In this document: positions 1-12,500 of the stretch, piece by piece | Layout of the letters: each line of letters starts with the position of its first letter | Position numbering within the stretch: position 1 is the first letter of the stretch | Assembly: GCF_006345805.1 (NCBI RefSeq) | Contig: NC_043000.1 | Location: 49,972,001-50,036,000 of the forward strand | Origin: Octopus sinensis | Lineage: Eukaryota | Length of the DNA stretch: 64,000 bases | Direction of reading: 5' to 3' | Position numbers and translations under genes: made by a program | The notes under the pieces: generated by a model | Databases searched by the model: none | Told to the model about the DNA's origin: nothing | The model's input: the letters and a program-made list of their open reading frames with translations, nothing else

Positions 1-154
1 CGATATTCTCAGTACAACACACACACATAAATACATACATATATATATATATACATACATACATACATATGTATATATATATATTATATATATATATATA
101 TACATACATACATATATATAATATATATATATACATATGTTTATACATACATAC

Positions 155-218
<64 letters not shown>

Positions 219-251
219 CATATATATATACATACATACATATATACATAC

Positions 252-304
<53 letters not shown>

Positions 305-314
305 CATATATATA

Positions 315-356
<42 letters not shown>

Positions 357-394
357 TATATACATACATATATATATATTTATATATATATATA

Positions 395-447
<53 letters not shown>

Positions 448-460
448 ATGTGTGCACATG
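1..460. repeat. Compound (TA)n/(TACA)n/(TG)n microsatellite
   Basis: Direct inspection; source of the YIYI ORFs 137..517 and 210..512. Confidence 0.97.
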
Positions 461-1249
461 CACATATACACACATATCAAAGCAGTTAATATATTTAATG
501 CAAACAGTCTAAAATAAACATATCAATAGTTTCACATAGTTCAGTCCCTATTGTATCTGTCATGCAGACAATAAATAATTCTCTGTCTTCTTTAAGGACT
601 CAGCATGAACTGTCAAAAACCAAAAGGGATTTTCATGGAATACAAAAATATTTTAATATCAAATTTTCTGATAGATATCAATGGTGTATGCAAATGCAAA
701 ACCTTTGAAGAGAAGTAGGTTATTAGTAGAGGAGCTAGAGATAGATAATTTGGAACTGAGTAAATTTACAATCTTGTTTGTCACTCGTGCTATTAAACCA
801 TTTCACCACTGATTTAGTCTTCTTCCACAAAGGAAAGGATATAAATATTTCTTTGTTTTTTTTTTGTTTTTTTTTGTATTTTTTAAGTAAAACTGAATCT
901 AGGATTATAAAATGTTTATAAAATGAAAACACAGGGAAGCACCCACGACTTGCACAGCCTGTTTTTCATGTTCAGAGTTGTTGAAACATCAACTAAACAA
1001 CTTCGCATTGGCTGTTAGCTGACAGAGCCCTGTGTCTTTTGAAAATTCCATGCTCCCCAAAATTTGCCAACAGCACTCCTGACATGCATTTTCCACTTTA
1101 TGGATCTTTTATTGTTCATTTTTGTCTTTTTTTGTTTGTTTTTGTTTTAGTCTATGTACTATACAAGCACTTTTTGCTATAATTGCTGTCTTTACTTGAC
1201 TTATTACTACCTCCCGTCTCCTCTTTTTAACCTTTTCTGACAAATTACA

Positions 1250-1900
1250 GTACACCATCTGAGCATTGTATACAATTAGTTTATTATTACTATTTCCCTA
1301 ACTATTCCTAATTTAGTATTGGTTTAGTTAGTTGTATTTACAGTAACTAGAAAAATTAGGGTTGTGATGTTTAAGGGAAATAAATGAGGAGTCTAAATAT
1401 TCTACTCTGTCATACAGTTTAAGTTTGATGACTATATCTTTGGCATCTATATTTAAGGAATTCTATGTGTTGATACCAGATTAAAAAAAAATATTGATGG
1501 GCTGATATTTTGCTTATACTGCAAGAGATTCTGGCTTCATATGACAATACATAAATTCAATAGAAGTAGATAAAACTATTAAATTCATATTTAAAGTGCA
1601 TTCCTGAATCTAGCTCTCCTTATCAGTTTGAAAAGGTTTGTTTCAAATGGCTTGAGTTCTTTGTTGAGTGTTTTTCTTTTTCTTGTATGAATCCATATTT
1701 ATTTTCTAAGGTATATCTCTGTTGAAAATGAGCTTATTATCTCATTCTTCTTGTTAAGTCTTTAATTTTCTTCATTAAACCATTGAAGCAATGCCATTTA
1801 AATGGAAATATTTCTGGTGGAATAATTCAATGAGTACTTTTCTATATTCAGCTAGAATTTATCTGTTTCTATTCATTGCTCATGTATAAAAAATAATGAC
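1250..1900 (-). mobile_element. Degraded Penelope-like retroelement (PLE) RT-region relic
   Basis: Minus strand translates, with stops and frameshifts, to IDAKDIVIKLKLYDRVEYLDSSFISLKHHNPNF...KLGIVREI and ENKYGF...KELKPFETNLFKLIRRARFRN. These resemble the PLE motifs FITLKDHKxNF...INPxKSExG and YGFK...ELKxFExDL as recalled. Confidence 0.6.
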
Positions 1901-2018
1901 AGATATATGTGAACACTTCAGTATGAAGGACAAAAGAGTACTCAATACTATAGGCAGAATGTTGTTTATGTTTTATTGGTAGCTGAAACTTCGCAAATTA
2001 TTACTTACAATTTCTATA

Positions 2019-2226
2019 AGGGCAACAAGCTGACCAAATCATAACCACACTGGACAAAATACTTAGAGGCATTTCTTCTGGTTTTAGAGTCTGAGTTCAA
2101 ATTCTGCAGAGTTCAATTTTGCCTTCCATCCTTTCGGGCTTAGCATTAATAGAATAAATACCACCTGAGCACAAGGGTAGGGATGAAATCAACTAGCCCT
2201 TTCCCCTAGTGCCAACATTTGAAACT
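2019..2226 (+). mobile_element. Old copy of tRNA-derived SINE family C
   Basis: Similar to the younger copy at 57588-57822 (GAGTTCAAATTC B-box, GCCTTTCATCCTTTCGGG core). Confidence 0.65.
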
Positions 2227-3049
2227 GTCATTTCAAGTTTCTAACTTCCAATAACTGCCAAGTTTTAGATAAATAATAAAAAAAAAAAAAGGAACATGAG
2301 AAATGTCAGTAGAAATATTTGAATATCCTGGCAAGATTTGATATTGGATAATATTGAAACTAATAGATTCTATTAGTTGACCAGAGCATCAATTTATACA
2401 TCATGATAATTAAAAATAAAAGAGGTTGAAAAGGAAAGAATAGCTGTGTGATTTATTATAGAGAAGAATAAAAGAGATAAAGGGTAAAACAGGAGAGAAG
2501 AATAAGAAGAATTTGTGAGAATGTTCATATTGGGAAAATAGAAGAGGAAATGTATAAATACGCATAAATGGAACACTAAGCTTAATTATATGTTTCTTAG
2601 ACTAATCTTTTCAGATTTATTCCCTAAATATACTTTCTCATTCTTTGAACTATATCTTACAGTACAGTCTAATATTTAGCTTTTATTCCTAATCAATTAT
2701 TCTCTCTAATATTATTCTCTATATATGTTCTATGTCAAAATCATACAATACTTTTCTGACATACTTCACTTACACTTCTTCATCCAACCCCAACTTCTGT
2801 TCATTATTTTCATTATACTAAATTCCATCTTGTTTCACATATTTTATCAGGATATATTTTAATATAAACGATCAATTTTAGTAATTCATAGGTGCATGCA
2901 GAGAAGCAAGAATCCAGATAATAACAGATCTATTCATTTTTAACATTATCATTCAAGTCTGCCAGAATGTATTGAAAATGAATAGATATATTATTGTTTG
3001 GATTCCTGCTGTTCTGTATGTACCCCGTGAATTATTCTCTATTTGGCAG

Positions 3050-3127
3050 ACATCAGCATGCATCAGAAAATATATTTGTTGATTTCTATAAACAAGGACA
3101 TGTACTCTTGTTAGATACATCAATGTG
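3050..3127 (+). CDS. Possible isolated 78-bp exon (xHQHASENIFVDFYKQGHVLLLDTSMW), unverified
   Basis: Good acceptor (ttctctatttggcag) and donor (TG|gtgaga), one open frame, non-repetitive sequence; no recognised homology. Confidence 0.2.
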
Positions 3128-3658
3128 GTGAGACAGCTTTGACTGAGGAGACACACTATAAGGTCAAAACAGTGCAGTATCTGAAAGTTCCCTTACATCA
3201 TCAAATGTGTGTTCATAACATTTGATGTTCCTTGATGACAAAAAACGACAGAATATTGGGAAGGAATATATGCATCATTGTATCGAATTTAGCATTTCCC
3301 TTTTAAAAAATATTACGCTTTCTATAATTCCTCCTAAATGCATATGTACTACCTAAATTAACTTTATTTTGAATATACTAATTTATTTAATTCATACTGC
3401 TTTATCATACTCCACTTCTATATATTTTACTACATTTAACATTTCACTTCTTTGAACTTTCTTTTCAATATAAACTATTTATCAAATTTAGCATTCCCCT
3501 GTTCTCTAAATCTTTCTTCAATCTTTGTATGCCATTCAAATTAATTTTACATTAAATATGCTATCTTAATGATGTGTTATTACACTTCAGTACTAATTAT
3601 TTTTCCATTAAATTATATTATAGGGTAAAATAATTTTAATAGGTTACAGAAGCTAATC

Positions 3659-3992
3659 CAGTGGTTTTCAGCTGGAGTCTGTATGGCCCCTGAAAGTCCA
3701 TTTAAGATATTTTGGGGTTCACATAACAAAATAGTAAATTGGGGATCCACAATAGTATTTTAAGAGCCCCTGAAAAATTTCTGCTTAGATGTATGTATTG
3801 GTATGTACTGTAAAAAACAGCTGGGTTTCTTTCTCTAACAGTTTACACAAGATAATGGTTGAAAAACAAAATAGGAATTTTGAAAGAAGTTTCTACAAAA
3901 CTAGTTTTTAAACATCGAATGGCTATGGGGGTTCACCAAAGTAAAATAGTAATCAAAGGGGTTCATAGATAAAAAATGGTTGAGAACCCCTG
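3659..3992 (+). mobile_element. hAT-type MITE
   Basis: TIRs CAGTGGTTTTCAGC / GTTGAGAACCCCTG; flanking 8-mers AGCTAATC and AGATAATC (7/8 match, 8-bp TSD typical of hAT); inverted relative at 60525-60897. Confidence 0.8.
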
Positions 3993-4977
3993 AGATAATC
4001 CCTCACACTTTAAAACCTCCCTGGTGTTTGGCAAAAGAAATCCATTGCCAACATTTTAAGATCTTTTTACAAAATTACTTTAGTATACCAAAACTTTGAA
4101 TTTATTTAAAATATCTGGAATGCACTATCTTCAGTTATTGATTCATAATATGGCAAGCAAGGGCTTCTTTTCCTATTTCAATTCTTAATACACTGCCCAC
4201 ATCAAAAATAAAGGTTTGCTTACATTTTATTTATCCAAGTTATTCAAATCTCTGTATTATATTTCCATTTGTTCATTAACTCCATATTCTAAGATTTCCT
4301 TTAATTCACAGCTCTTTGAGCATTTACTGAATGAAACAAATAAGTGAAGACAATATTCAGTCAAGAATCCTTATTCTTATCTTTGCAAATACAAGACAAA
4401 TTCTCTAATGCTAGTGCCACAATAAACAGAACCCGGTGTACTGTATTAGAAAGTGGCTGATATTAAGAAGGTCATCCGGTCATTGAAACCATGCCAACGA
4501 AAACATGGCTTGAGTACAATGAAAATCATGCATGTCATATTTAAGATGAATTTTTAATTTTAATGCTAGGCTCTAAAGTGCTTCGTGGATGATATGTAGT
4601 GCAAAATACTGGAGGCATTAATAGTGATATAACTGCTATTGGCCATTGTATTCTAACAATTCATTCACACAAATCTCCTTCACAACAACAGAATTTTTCT
4701 TGAAGAAGGAAATAATGGTTATCCTTAACTCTCTGTACTTGCTGACTTACCTCTATGTAATTTCACAGCCTTGTTTAAAATGAAAACGAAGCTAAAAGTG
4801 TGCTGCATTAAGATGATAATAGAAATTGAATCTCACATACACACATATCTATATATATGTATTTGTATATATAGGTATATATACACACACTCACAAATGT
4901 ATGTACATTCATATATTTGTATATGCATTTATGTATGTGTGTGTATATCTATATATCTATATCTATCTATCTATCTA

Positions 4978-5014
<37 letters not shown>

Positions 5015-5495
5015 TTATTTATTTATATGTACGGATGTATCTAAACGTCTGTGTGCATGTATACATATATATATGTAAACATAAACACCTACAAGCATAC
5101 ATTTATGTTTGTGATTGCGCATTAAAGTTAAAAAATGCATTTAGGAGAAATCTCATAAAAGTATCATTACTCTGAAGTACCAGTAAGTACTCCAAGTAGG
5201 GTGAAAATAATCTCCCTCACCAGTTTCACTCCCTCCTCCTCTCTCTTTCTCTCTCTCTGTCTTTCTTTACCTCTTTCCTATACTCATTTATTTAAGATAT
5301 TATGACCAGCAACAATTGATACATAAATCTAGTTCTAATGTTGATTGGCAGCTGGTTTTAAGTTTTATTCCAGCTAAATTAAGCAGCAATTCACTGTCTA
5401 ATGCTATTTGCCAAAAAACAAATAAAAAATACATTAAGAAGGCAATAAAAAAACAGCAAAAATATAAAAAATAAATGACAATAATAATAATAATG

Positions 5496-5532
<37 letters not shown>

Positions 5533-6021
5533 TAATAATAACAATGATAATGATAAATGAATAATGAAGAACATTTAAAGAAATTATTTTCCGGAGGAAC
5601 AGCCCATTAAGAATATGGTTATAGTATTTGACAACAAGCTTGTCATGCACGCATGCATGTAGACATAAATATATACACTCACATACACAGATACATATGT
5701 AGCACGTGTGCATGTACAGACAGTTACTTGCATGCTGTGTCATACAAGAGAGAGGTTTGAGGGCTTAACAGATGCTATCATGAATGCAATGCCAATGCAG
5801 TATAACAAAAATATACACACTATACGCACACTTCAGCTAAGAAATATACACACTTACATACATATATGTGTACATAGGTGGTGTGAATGTTGTATGAGTG
5901 TGTGTGTGTGTGTGGTGTGTGTGTGTGTACAAGCTGTATATAAATTCACATGGATAGGTTTAATAAATATATATTTAGCTTTACTAAAGTGTCTCTTAAA
6001 TGTTTATATTTTTTTTATTCT

Positions 6022-6259
6022 CTTATTATTTTATTTGTTTCAGTCGTTTGGCTGTGGCCATGCTGGAGCACTCCCCTGAGGTTTTTTTTTTTTAGTCGAA
6101 TAAATTGACCCCAGAACTTTTTTTCAAGCCTAGCACTTATTCTATCAGTCTCCTTTGCTGAAGAGCTAAATTATGGGGCTATAAACACATCAGCACCAGT
6201 TGTCAAGCAGTGGTGAGGGAGGGGGACAAACACAGACACAAAGACACACACACACAGAC

Positions 6260-6262
<3 letters not shown>
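6022..6262 (-). mobile_element. SINE family A, 3' half
   Basis: Reverse complement of the 3' half of 62909-63334. Confidence 0.75.
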
Positions 6263-6320
<58 letters not shown>

Positions 6321-6350
6321 ATATTATATATATATATACACACACACACA

Positions 6351-6800
6351 CTAGACTACTCGTGACGCATTGGGTCACCAATAGTTCAAAATACCCAAAA
6401 GCTCGCATATCTCTGGTCTGATTTACTTGAAAATTCCGTTATTCTGTGAGTATTCACATTTCAATGGTGCCCTACTTTCAAAGCATTTTTCTCATTATAT
6501 GCCAGTTTGGCTATTTATAAATGTACCTGAAAAAAACTCTATATCTCAGTAACCAGTGGTCTGATTTATGCGAAACTTCTTGACGTTTCTTGGTTCTGTT
6601 TTTTCCCCCAGTTTCGCCAAATACTCAGGTCTCTGAGCATCAGATTCCTGATCTCTCCTGCTTCTGTGTCTTTCTCTCTGTTCCGCCAGATGATCAGCCC
6701 TTGTTTTATCAGTCTCATCGATTCTTCTATTCATATGCTTGCCCCAATCTTGGGTAAATATTTCATAAAGGACCCATTCGTACGTTGGTGTGAAATAATT
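6351..6800 (-). mobile_element. Probable non-autonomous Helitron derivative
   Basis: Minus strand ends GTGAC-CCAATGC-GTCAC hairpin + GAGTAGT-CTAG|T, a Helitron-type 3' terminus. ORF 6546..6734 (ETDKTRADHLAEQRERHRSRRDQESDAQR) resembles the charged N-terminal repeats of RepHel proteins. The 5' TC end was not located. Confidence 0.5.
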
Positions 6801-7030
6801 TTTTCCACAAGATTTTTTGAGTGCAATGAATATATCTTACCTCCAAACCCACTGCAAGCCACTTTCTTCTGAAAAAGAAGGGGATAGGGGTGGTGAGGAA
6901 CTTGGAGTTTCCCACTAATGGAATTTTGTTTCATGGATTGTTTTTCTTTTCTAGGTTACTTCACATGCTTTCAATGAATGTGACATCGAAATCACACATA
7001 AACAGCTCCTTTCCCCCGAAAAGGAAAGAC

Positions 7031-7128
7031 TTGGTTGCTATTTCTTCCACACCCTGCTACCATGTAACAGGTCCTTTGTCTCAAATAGCTGTTACGTGGT
7101 AGCAGGGCTTACTAGAAATAGCAACCAA
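7031..7128. repeat. 98-nt interrupted hairpin (15-bp stem, 6x6 loop, 19-bp stem, 18-nt loop)
   Basis: TTGGTTGCTATTTCT/AGAAATAGCAACCAA is perfect; CCCTGCTACCATGTAACAG/CTGTTACGTGGTAGCAGGG has one G-T pair. Confidence 0.85.
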
Positions 7129-7524
7129 ATTTTTTGAGGTAATATACTTTGAATGCACTCAAAAAAATCCTATGGAAAAAATTATTTCACACTGAGGTTA
7201 CAAACGGGTCTTTTACAAAATATTTACCGTGTTTTTAGAGCCATTTTCACTTAAAAATTGTTTTTAAATATGTGAAAAATGTTTTTAAAATGATATTCAC
7301 CTGAAAATAATTTATTAAAAATTTAAAATATTGTCTGTTTAAAGACTAGGAGACACAAACATACCTGCACTCACATTCACTCAAAGATATATTCATTTAC
7401 AATCAGCCATATAAACATGTTCATTCATTTGTTGTTGCTTAGTTGCAAGACAACCTTTATTAAGCACACCTGTGATCAATGGCGATTCAGACATCAAGAC
7501 TAATTCTTCTATATACATATACAT

Positions 7525-8500
7525 TACCAATGTCACATACTCAATGTATGTGTATTGTTAAACATTTTCAAAGTATGGTATTTAATCCTGGGAATGTCTC
7601 ATTAAAGATGTAGTGTGTTGAAAAACATGTAACACTTCAAAATCAGAAGAAATTAACCACCCTGCAGATGAAAGAGAATGACAGATATTGATATTTCACA
7701 GTTATTTCTGCTCATCAGTGCCATATACTCAATTCTTGTATATGCATATATACTACCAATGTCACATATGTGTGTTGTTAAACACTTTTAGGCTATGGTA
7801 TTTCATCCTGAGAAGGTCCTGTTAAAGATGTAGTGTTGAAAAACGTGTAATACTTTAAAGATGGGAGAAATAAACTACCCTGGAGATGAATGGAAATTAC
7901 AGATATTGATATTTCACAGTTATTTTTGCTCATCAGTGTCATATACTCAATTCACCCTAGATACAAATTCTAATCACATGCCTGAAGTGTTTACAGATAA
8001 TATAAAATCTATCTCTTGATATGCAACAGCACCTCACAAATAAACCAAATTCAATTTTGTGTTAGAAGCAGATCTACAATGTAAATATTAACAATGTCAC
8101 ATGCTTAATGTATGTATATTGTTAAAAGCTTTTAGGCTGCAAAATGTTTTTGAGGGAAGGTCATAGTTTCAATTCCTAGACCAGGTGGTGCATTGTGTTA
8201 CTGAGCAAAGCACTTCGTCTCACATTGCTCTGCAACCACACTGTGCACCTGTTCAGGCAATGTCGATTTGATGGAGGGAGCAAAGTAATGTACAGCACAT
8301 ACATTTGATCATTATAAGCAAATCATTTGTGGAGGTCACTTGACTAAAACGCTGAACACTCATACATCATCTTCGAAAAGGAAGTCAATCATAATCAATC
8401 ATCATGCAAAGCTAGATGATAAGAAACACCCCAGAGGTGAATGAGAACTATAGATATCAATATTTCAGTTATTTCTGCTCTCAGTGCCATATACTTGATT
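7525..8500. repeat. Diverged tandem triplication of a ~230-bp unit, third copy split by a SINE
   Basis: ACCAATGTCACATA...CAGATATTGATATTTCACAGTTATTT...TCAGTGCCATATACT recurs at ~7525, ~7755 and ~8090/8415. Confidence 0.7.
8137..8410 (+). mobile_element. tRNA-derived SINE family E (old)
   Basis: GTTTCAATTCC B-box, GAGCAAAGCACTT domain; homologous to 20914-21190. Confidence 0.6.
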
Positions 8501-8955
8501 CATGTGGCATGCAGAATTGTGACATTGATAATGATTACATTATGGGGCTGTTTCAAACACAAAATTTGAATTTTGTTTTACTTGTGCAATACCTTTGCAC
8601 ATCAGCAGATATATTTTACATTATCTGCACATACTTCAGGCCCGCAATTAGAATATGCTTTGAGAATGAATCAAGTATACAGCACCAACAAGCAGAAATA
8701 ACTATGAAATACTGATATTTATCATTATTGTTCACCTCTTGGGCAGTTTATTTAGTCTGGCTTTGAAGTATGTTGTGTTTCTTAACCACTTACATCTTTA
8801 AGAGGACATTTCCTGAACAACACACCATAGTCTAAAAGAATTTAGCAACACACATTAAGTATTTCACATTGATAATGTTTACCTTATAGAGTTACTTCTA
8901 GTACAAAATTTAAATATATATAGATACATTGTTTAGAAAATGTTGTCACATTTGA

Positions 8956-9604
8956 AGCTATAGTTTATTATTAAATTTGATGGTAACTGTTGTCTAGGAG
9001 GCCATTTAGCTTCATGGCTACAGCACTCAGCCAGTATCAGACAGTTATGGGTTCAAGCTCCATAGCTGCCTTCTGGCAGCTTTTTCCCATCTTATAATGG
9101 TAAATACCCAATCATTCTCTGCTGTCTTACAGCTTTACTGCATTCGAAATTTACTTTCTTGATGAACTGTTGCCTCATTTAAAAGCTATAATTTAGTATT
9201 AAATTTGATGGTAATTGTTGTCGTGGGGTAGGAGTTGTTTAGCTTAATTGCTAGAGCATCCAGCCAGTATCTGAGGGGTACAGGTCCTGTAGCTGCCTTC
9301 TGACAACTTTTTTTTCCATCTTATAAGGGTAAATACTCAATCTTTCTCTGCTAGCTTTACTGCATTCAAAATTTACTTTCTTGATGAACTGTTGCCTCAT
9401 TTAAAAGCTATAATTTAGTATTAAATTTGATGGTAATTGTTGTCGTGGGGTAGGAGTTGTTTAGCTTAATTGCTAGAGCATCCAGCCAGTATCTGAGGGG
9501 TACAGGTCCTGTAGCTGCCTTCTGACAACTTTTTTTTCCATCTTATAAGGGTAAATACTCAATCTTTCTCTGCTAGCTTTACTGCATTCAAAATTTACTT
9601 TCTT
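8956..9604 (+). repeat. Tandem array, 3 x ~222 bp, each unit with a degenerate tRNA-like sequence
   Basis: Copies 2 and 3 start at 9181 and 9403 and look identical; copy 1 is diverged. Confidence 0.9.
9000..9071 (+). pseudogene. tRNA-like pseudogene (loop CCAGTAT, nominal AGT/Thr anticodon)
   Basis: A-box-like TAGCTTCATGGCTACAGC and T-arm ATGGG-TTCAAGC-TCCAT; acceptor and anticodon stems are broken. Confidence 0.5.
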
Positions 9605-11663
9605 GTCAGCAAAATGTATATATATATGTGCTTCATTCCAAAGCATATGTATATTGAGTTCTACATCAGGTTATTAGTCGTGCAATGTTGAAGTGTAAGG
9701 ATTTTTAAGGATTTATATATATATAAATAGTCCCATATGTCTTTCTTTCTAAGATGGTAGATGGTGTTTCTACAGAGATTTGACTGTTATTTCAAGTAGG
9801 TTAAGTAATCTACTAAACATAACAATTAAATATCCACTGAAAACATAAACCACATATAGACATTCATCATTGGCATTATCAGTTATGTTACTGCTGCTGT
9901 AAACATAGGTTTTGTTGTTGATATTTTTGTTACCATTCCTGGTGTTATAGAATTTAATTTTAATGATAGAATCTAAGTGAAGAATTCTAACTGGGAACCA
10001 AAGCTGGGTCACATTTTCAGTCCAGTAAGAACAAAGCATTGCACTAAGTGTTTTATCATCCACCACCACCTCCATCATCATCATCAACATCATCGTTGTA
10101 TCAATCTAGAATTGCTTGTTTGTATCATCAGGCTTTGATATGTTGTAGGTGGCAAATTATAAAGGTATTCTTAAATAATTCAATGCAACTCATTTTACTG
10201 ATCATTCCTTGTTGTTACTACATAGTATACAATACTTTTGCAGCCATATTTACCATTAATAATGTAATTGGCTTTGGCATAGCAGCTACAGTTAGCTTCC
10301 TCTCATAAGAGCAAATGACAGCATGTATGAAATGCAAAGCAAATGTTCCTGGCGGCAGGGCAATATTCCAACATCTATTTTAAAAGCTTATAGATAAAGA
10401 ATAACTGATGTAAAAGCCAATGAAAATGATTATAAATAAAGCATTTTGGAAATGACAAAAGATATTGATGGCAGCAATCGATGCAATAATTGATACCTCA
10501 TCCACTCTTTTAGTTTTGTGATGGGTTGGCTAGGTCTGTCAGAGATAATCATGATAACAAATGATATAAACGATATAAATTATAGTGTGAGCTATGTATA
10601 TGTGTTGGTAGGTGCCATAAGCATTAGTTCTTGTCACTTTTATCAAAATTGATAATGTCAGACTTCACTGGTGCTAAGATAAAACTGTCTGAGAAACCCA
10701 CCTGAGCATTAGTTAATTAGTCAGGTGTAATGGCAATTAACATATTTTGTTTTTATTGTTACAACAAGGTTTTGGTTCAGTGTGATATCTCTATCTTCAT
10801 TTTCTCAGGATTTCATTTGCATATTAAATTTTCTCTTGTCTACATCTACAAACTTTAGCCCACCAATTAACAAAAGGTATTAAAATAATGTGTCAATGAA
10901 TGCTTGTATATGTGGTGTGTGTTTGAATACTGGTGACCTTACATGAATTTTTATGTAAGGTGGTTTTTCTTATAAGGTGAAAGAAAAAATGATTACTTTG
11001 CAATTTAAGTGTAACAGAATATTAAATTCAGTTATGACAAAAGAAGAAAATTACCTGAACAAATAATAGAAATTAAACTAAAATTATTCATGGCACAAAT
11101 TATGTTATCTTTTACTTGATTTAGTAATTGGACAACAATCATTTTAGAGCACTGCCTTGAATGGTTTGGTCAAGTAAATTGCCCCAGTACATGTTTCTTC
11201 TTTGAAAGTCTGATGCTTATCCTTTCAGTCTCTTTTGCCTAACTGCTAAGTCACAGGGAAAAAAACAAACCAACACCAATTTGCCAATAGGTGGTGGATA
11301 CAAACATAAAGAGATACACACTTGCGCACACACACACATAGATGTATACATATATACACAATGTACTTTCAGTTTCTGTCAACCAAATCTACTAATAAGG
11401 CTTTGGTTGGCTCAGGGCTACAGTACCAGTGGGGCCATGTAGTGGAACTGAACTTAGAACCTTGTGGTTGGGAAGCAAACCTCTTACCACACATCCACAT
11501 TACATCTATAGCCATGTTGCAGAATATTTATTTAGGAATTATTATCATTACCTGTCTCAGAGAAGCTGTAAAGGTTGTGGGCACAGACTCTTCAGCTAGA
11601 TAAAATCAATTGAAATTAAAAATTATACATTTTAAATTATGATATTAATGGTACTTATAAAGC

Positions 11664-12112
11664 AGTAAGCTGGCAGAATCGTTGGCGCACAGAGCAAAAC
11701 GCTTAATGGAATTTCATTCATCTACATGTTCTGAGTTCAAATTATGCTGAAGTCAGTTTGGCCTTTCATTTTTTGGGGGTTGATAAAATAAGTCCCAGTT
11801 GAGCACTGGGGTCAATCTAACCAACTTAGCCCTTTCCCTGAAACTTCTGGCCCTGTGCTAAAATTGGAAACTGATATTAATGATAATTATAATTGTAGCA
11901 AACTGGCAAAATCATTAGAGCATCAGAAAAAAATGATTTGCAGCATTTATTCCAGCTCTTCACATTCTGAGTTCAAATCCCAGTGAATTCAACTTTGCCT
12001 TTTATCTCTTCAGAGTTGATAGCATTGTACCAGTTATGAACAGGGATTGAAAATATCAATTACTATCCTTTCCCTGCAAATTGCTGGGTTTGAACCTAAA
12101 TCAGATATCATA
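11664..12112 (+). mobile_element. Two adjacent old SINE family C copies
   Basis: GCTGGCAGAATCGTT...GAGTTCAAAT...GCCTTTCAT motif twice (~11664, ~11897). Confidence 0.65.
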
Positions 12113-12500
12113 TTGGTGGCCATTATTACTAGTAATCATTTGAAGTGATACCATTTCATCACAATGCCTAATAGTCATTCTTAAGAATTTCTATTTCTAT
12201 AAGAGGTGAATTACTGAATGTCTCTTAACTGAAATTTCATTTTTTTACTGAAAATGATAAATAAAAATTAAGAAGAAAAAACTCAAGGAAAAGGGAGATA
12301 ATTTTTAAAAATTAAGAATCAATTTCTTGGTGTTCATTTAAAAGTCTAGGAGAAGGTAGGATTTGTGTTTGTGGACAAGAAGCAACTGCAGACATGTTTC
12401 AGAGTTTTAGATCTCATCAGTAAAGTATAATCTAATGAAGATTGCTTGATAAGCAGACAAAGGTTTTCACATATAGAGTTATAACTAATTTTTGATCATA

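Noticed and set aside
597-830. Exon after the acceptor ttctctgtcttctttaag (TQHELSKTKRDFHGIQKYF...)
   Set aside because: Two frames are open, the donor is ambiguous, the phase is incompatible with the 3050 candidate, and there is no recognised homology
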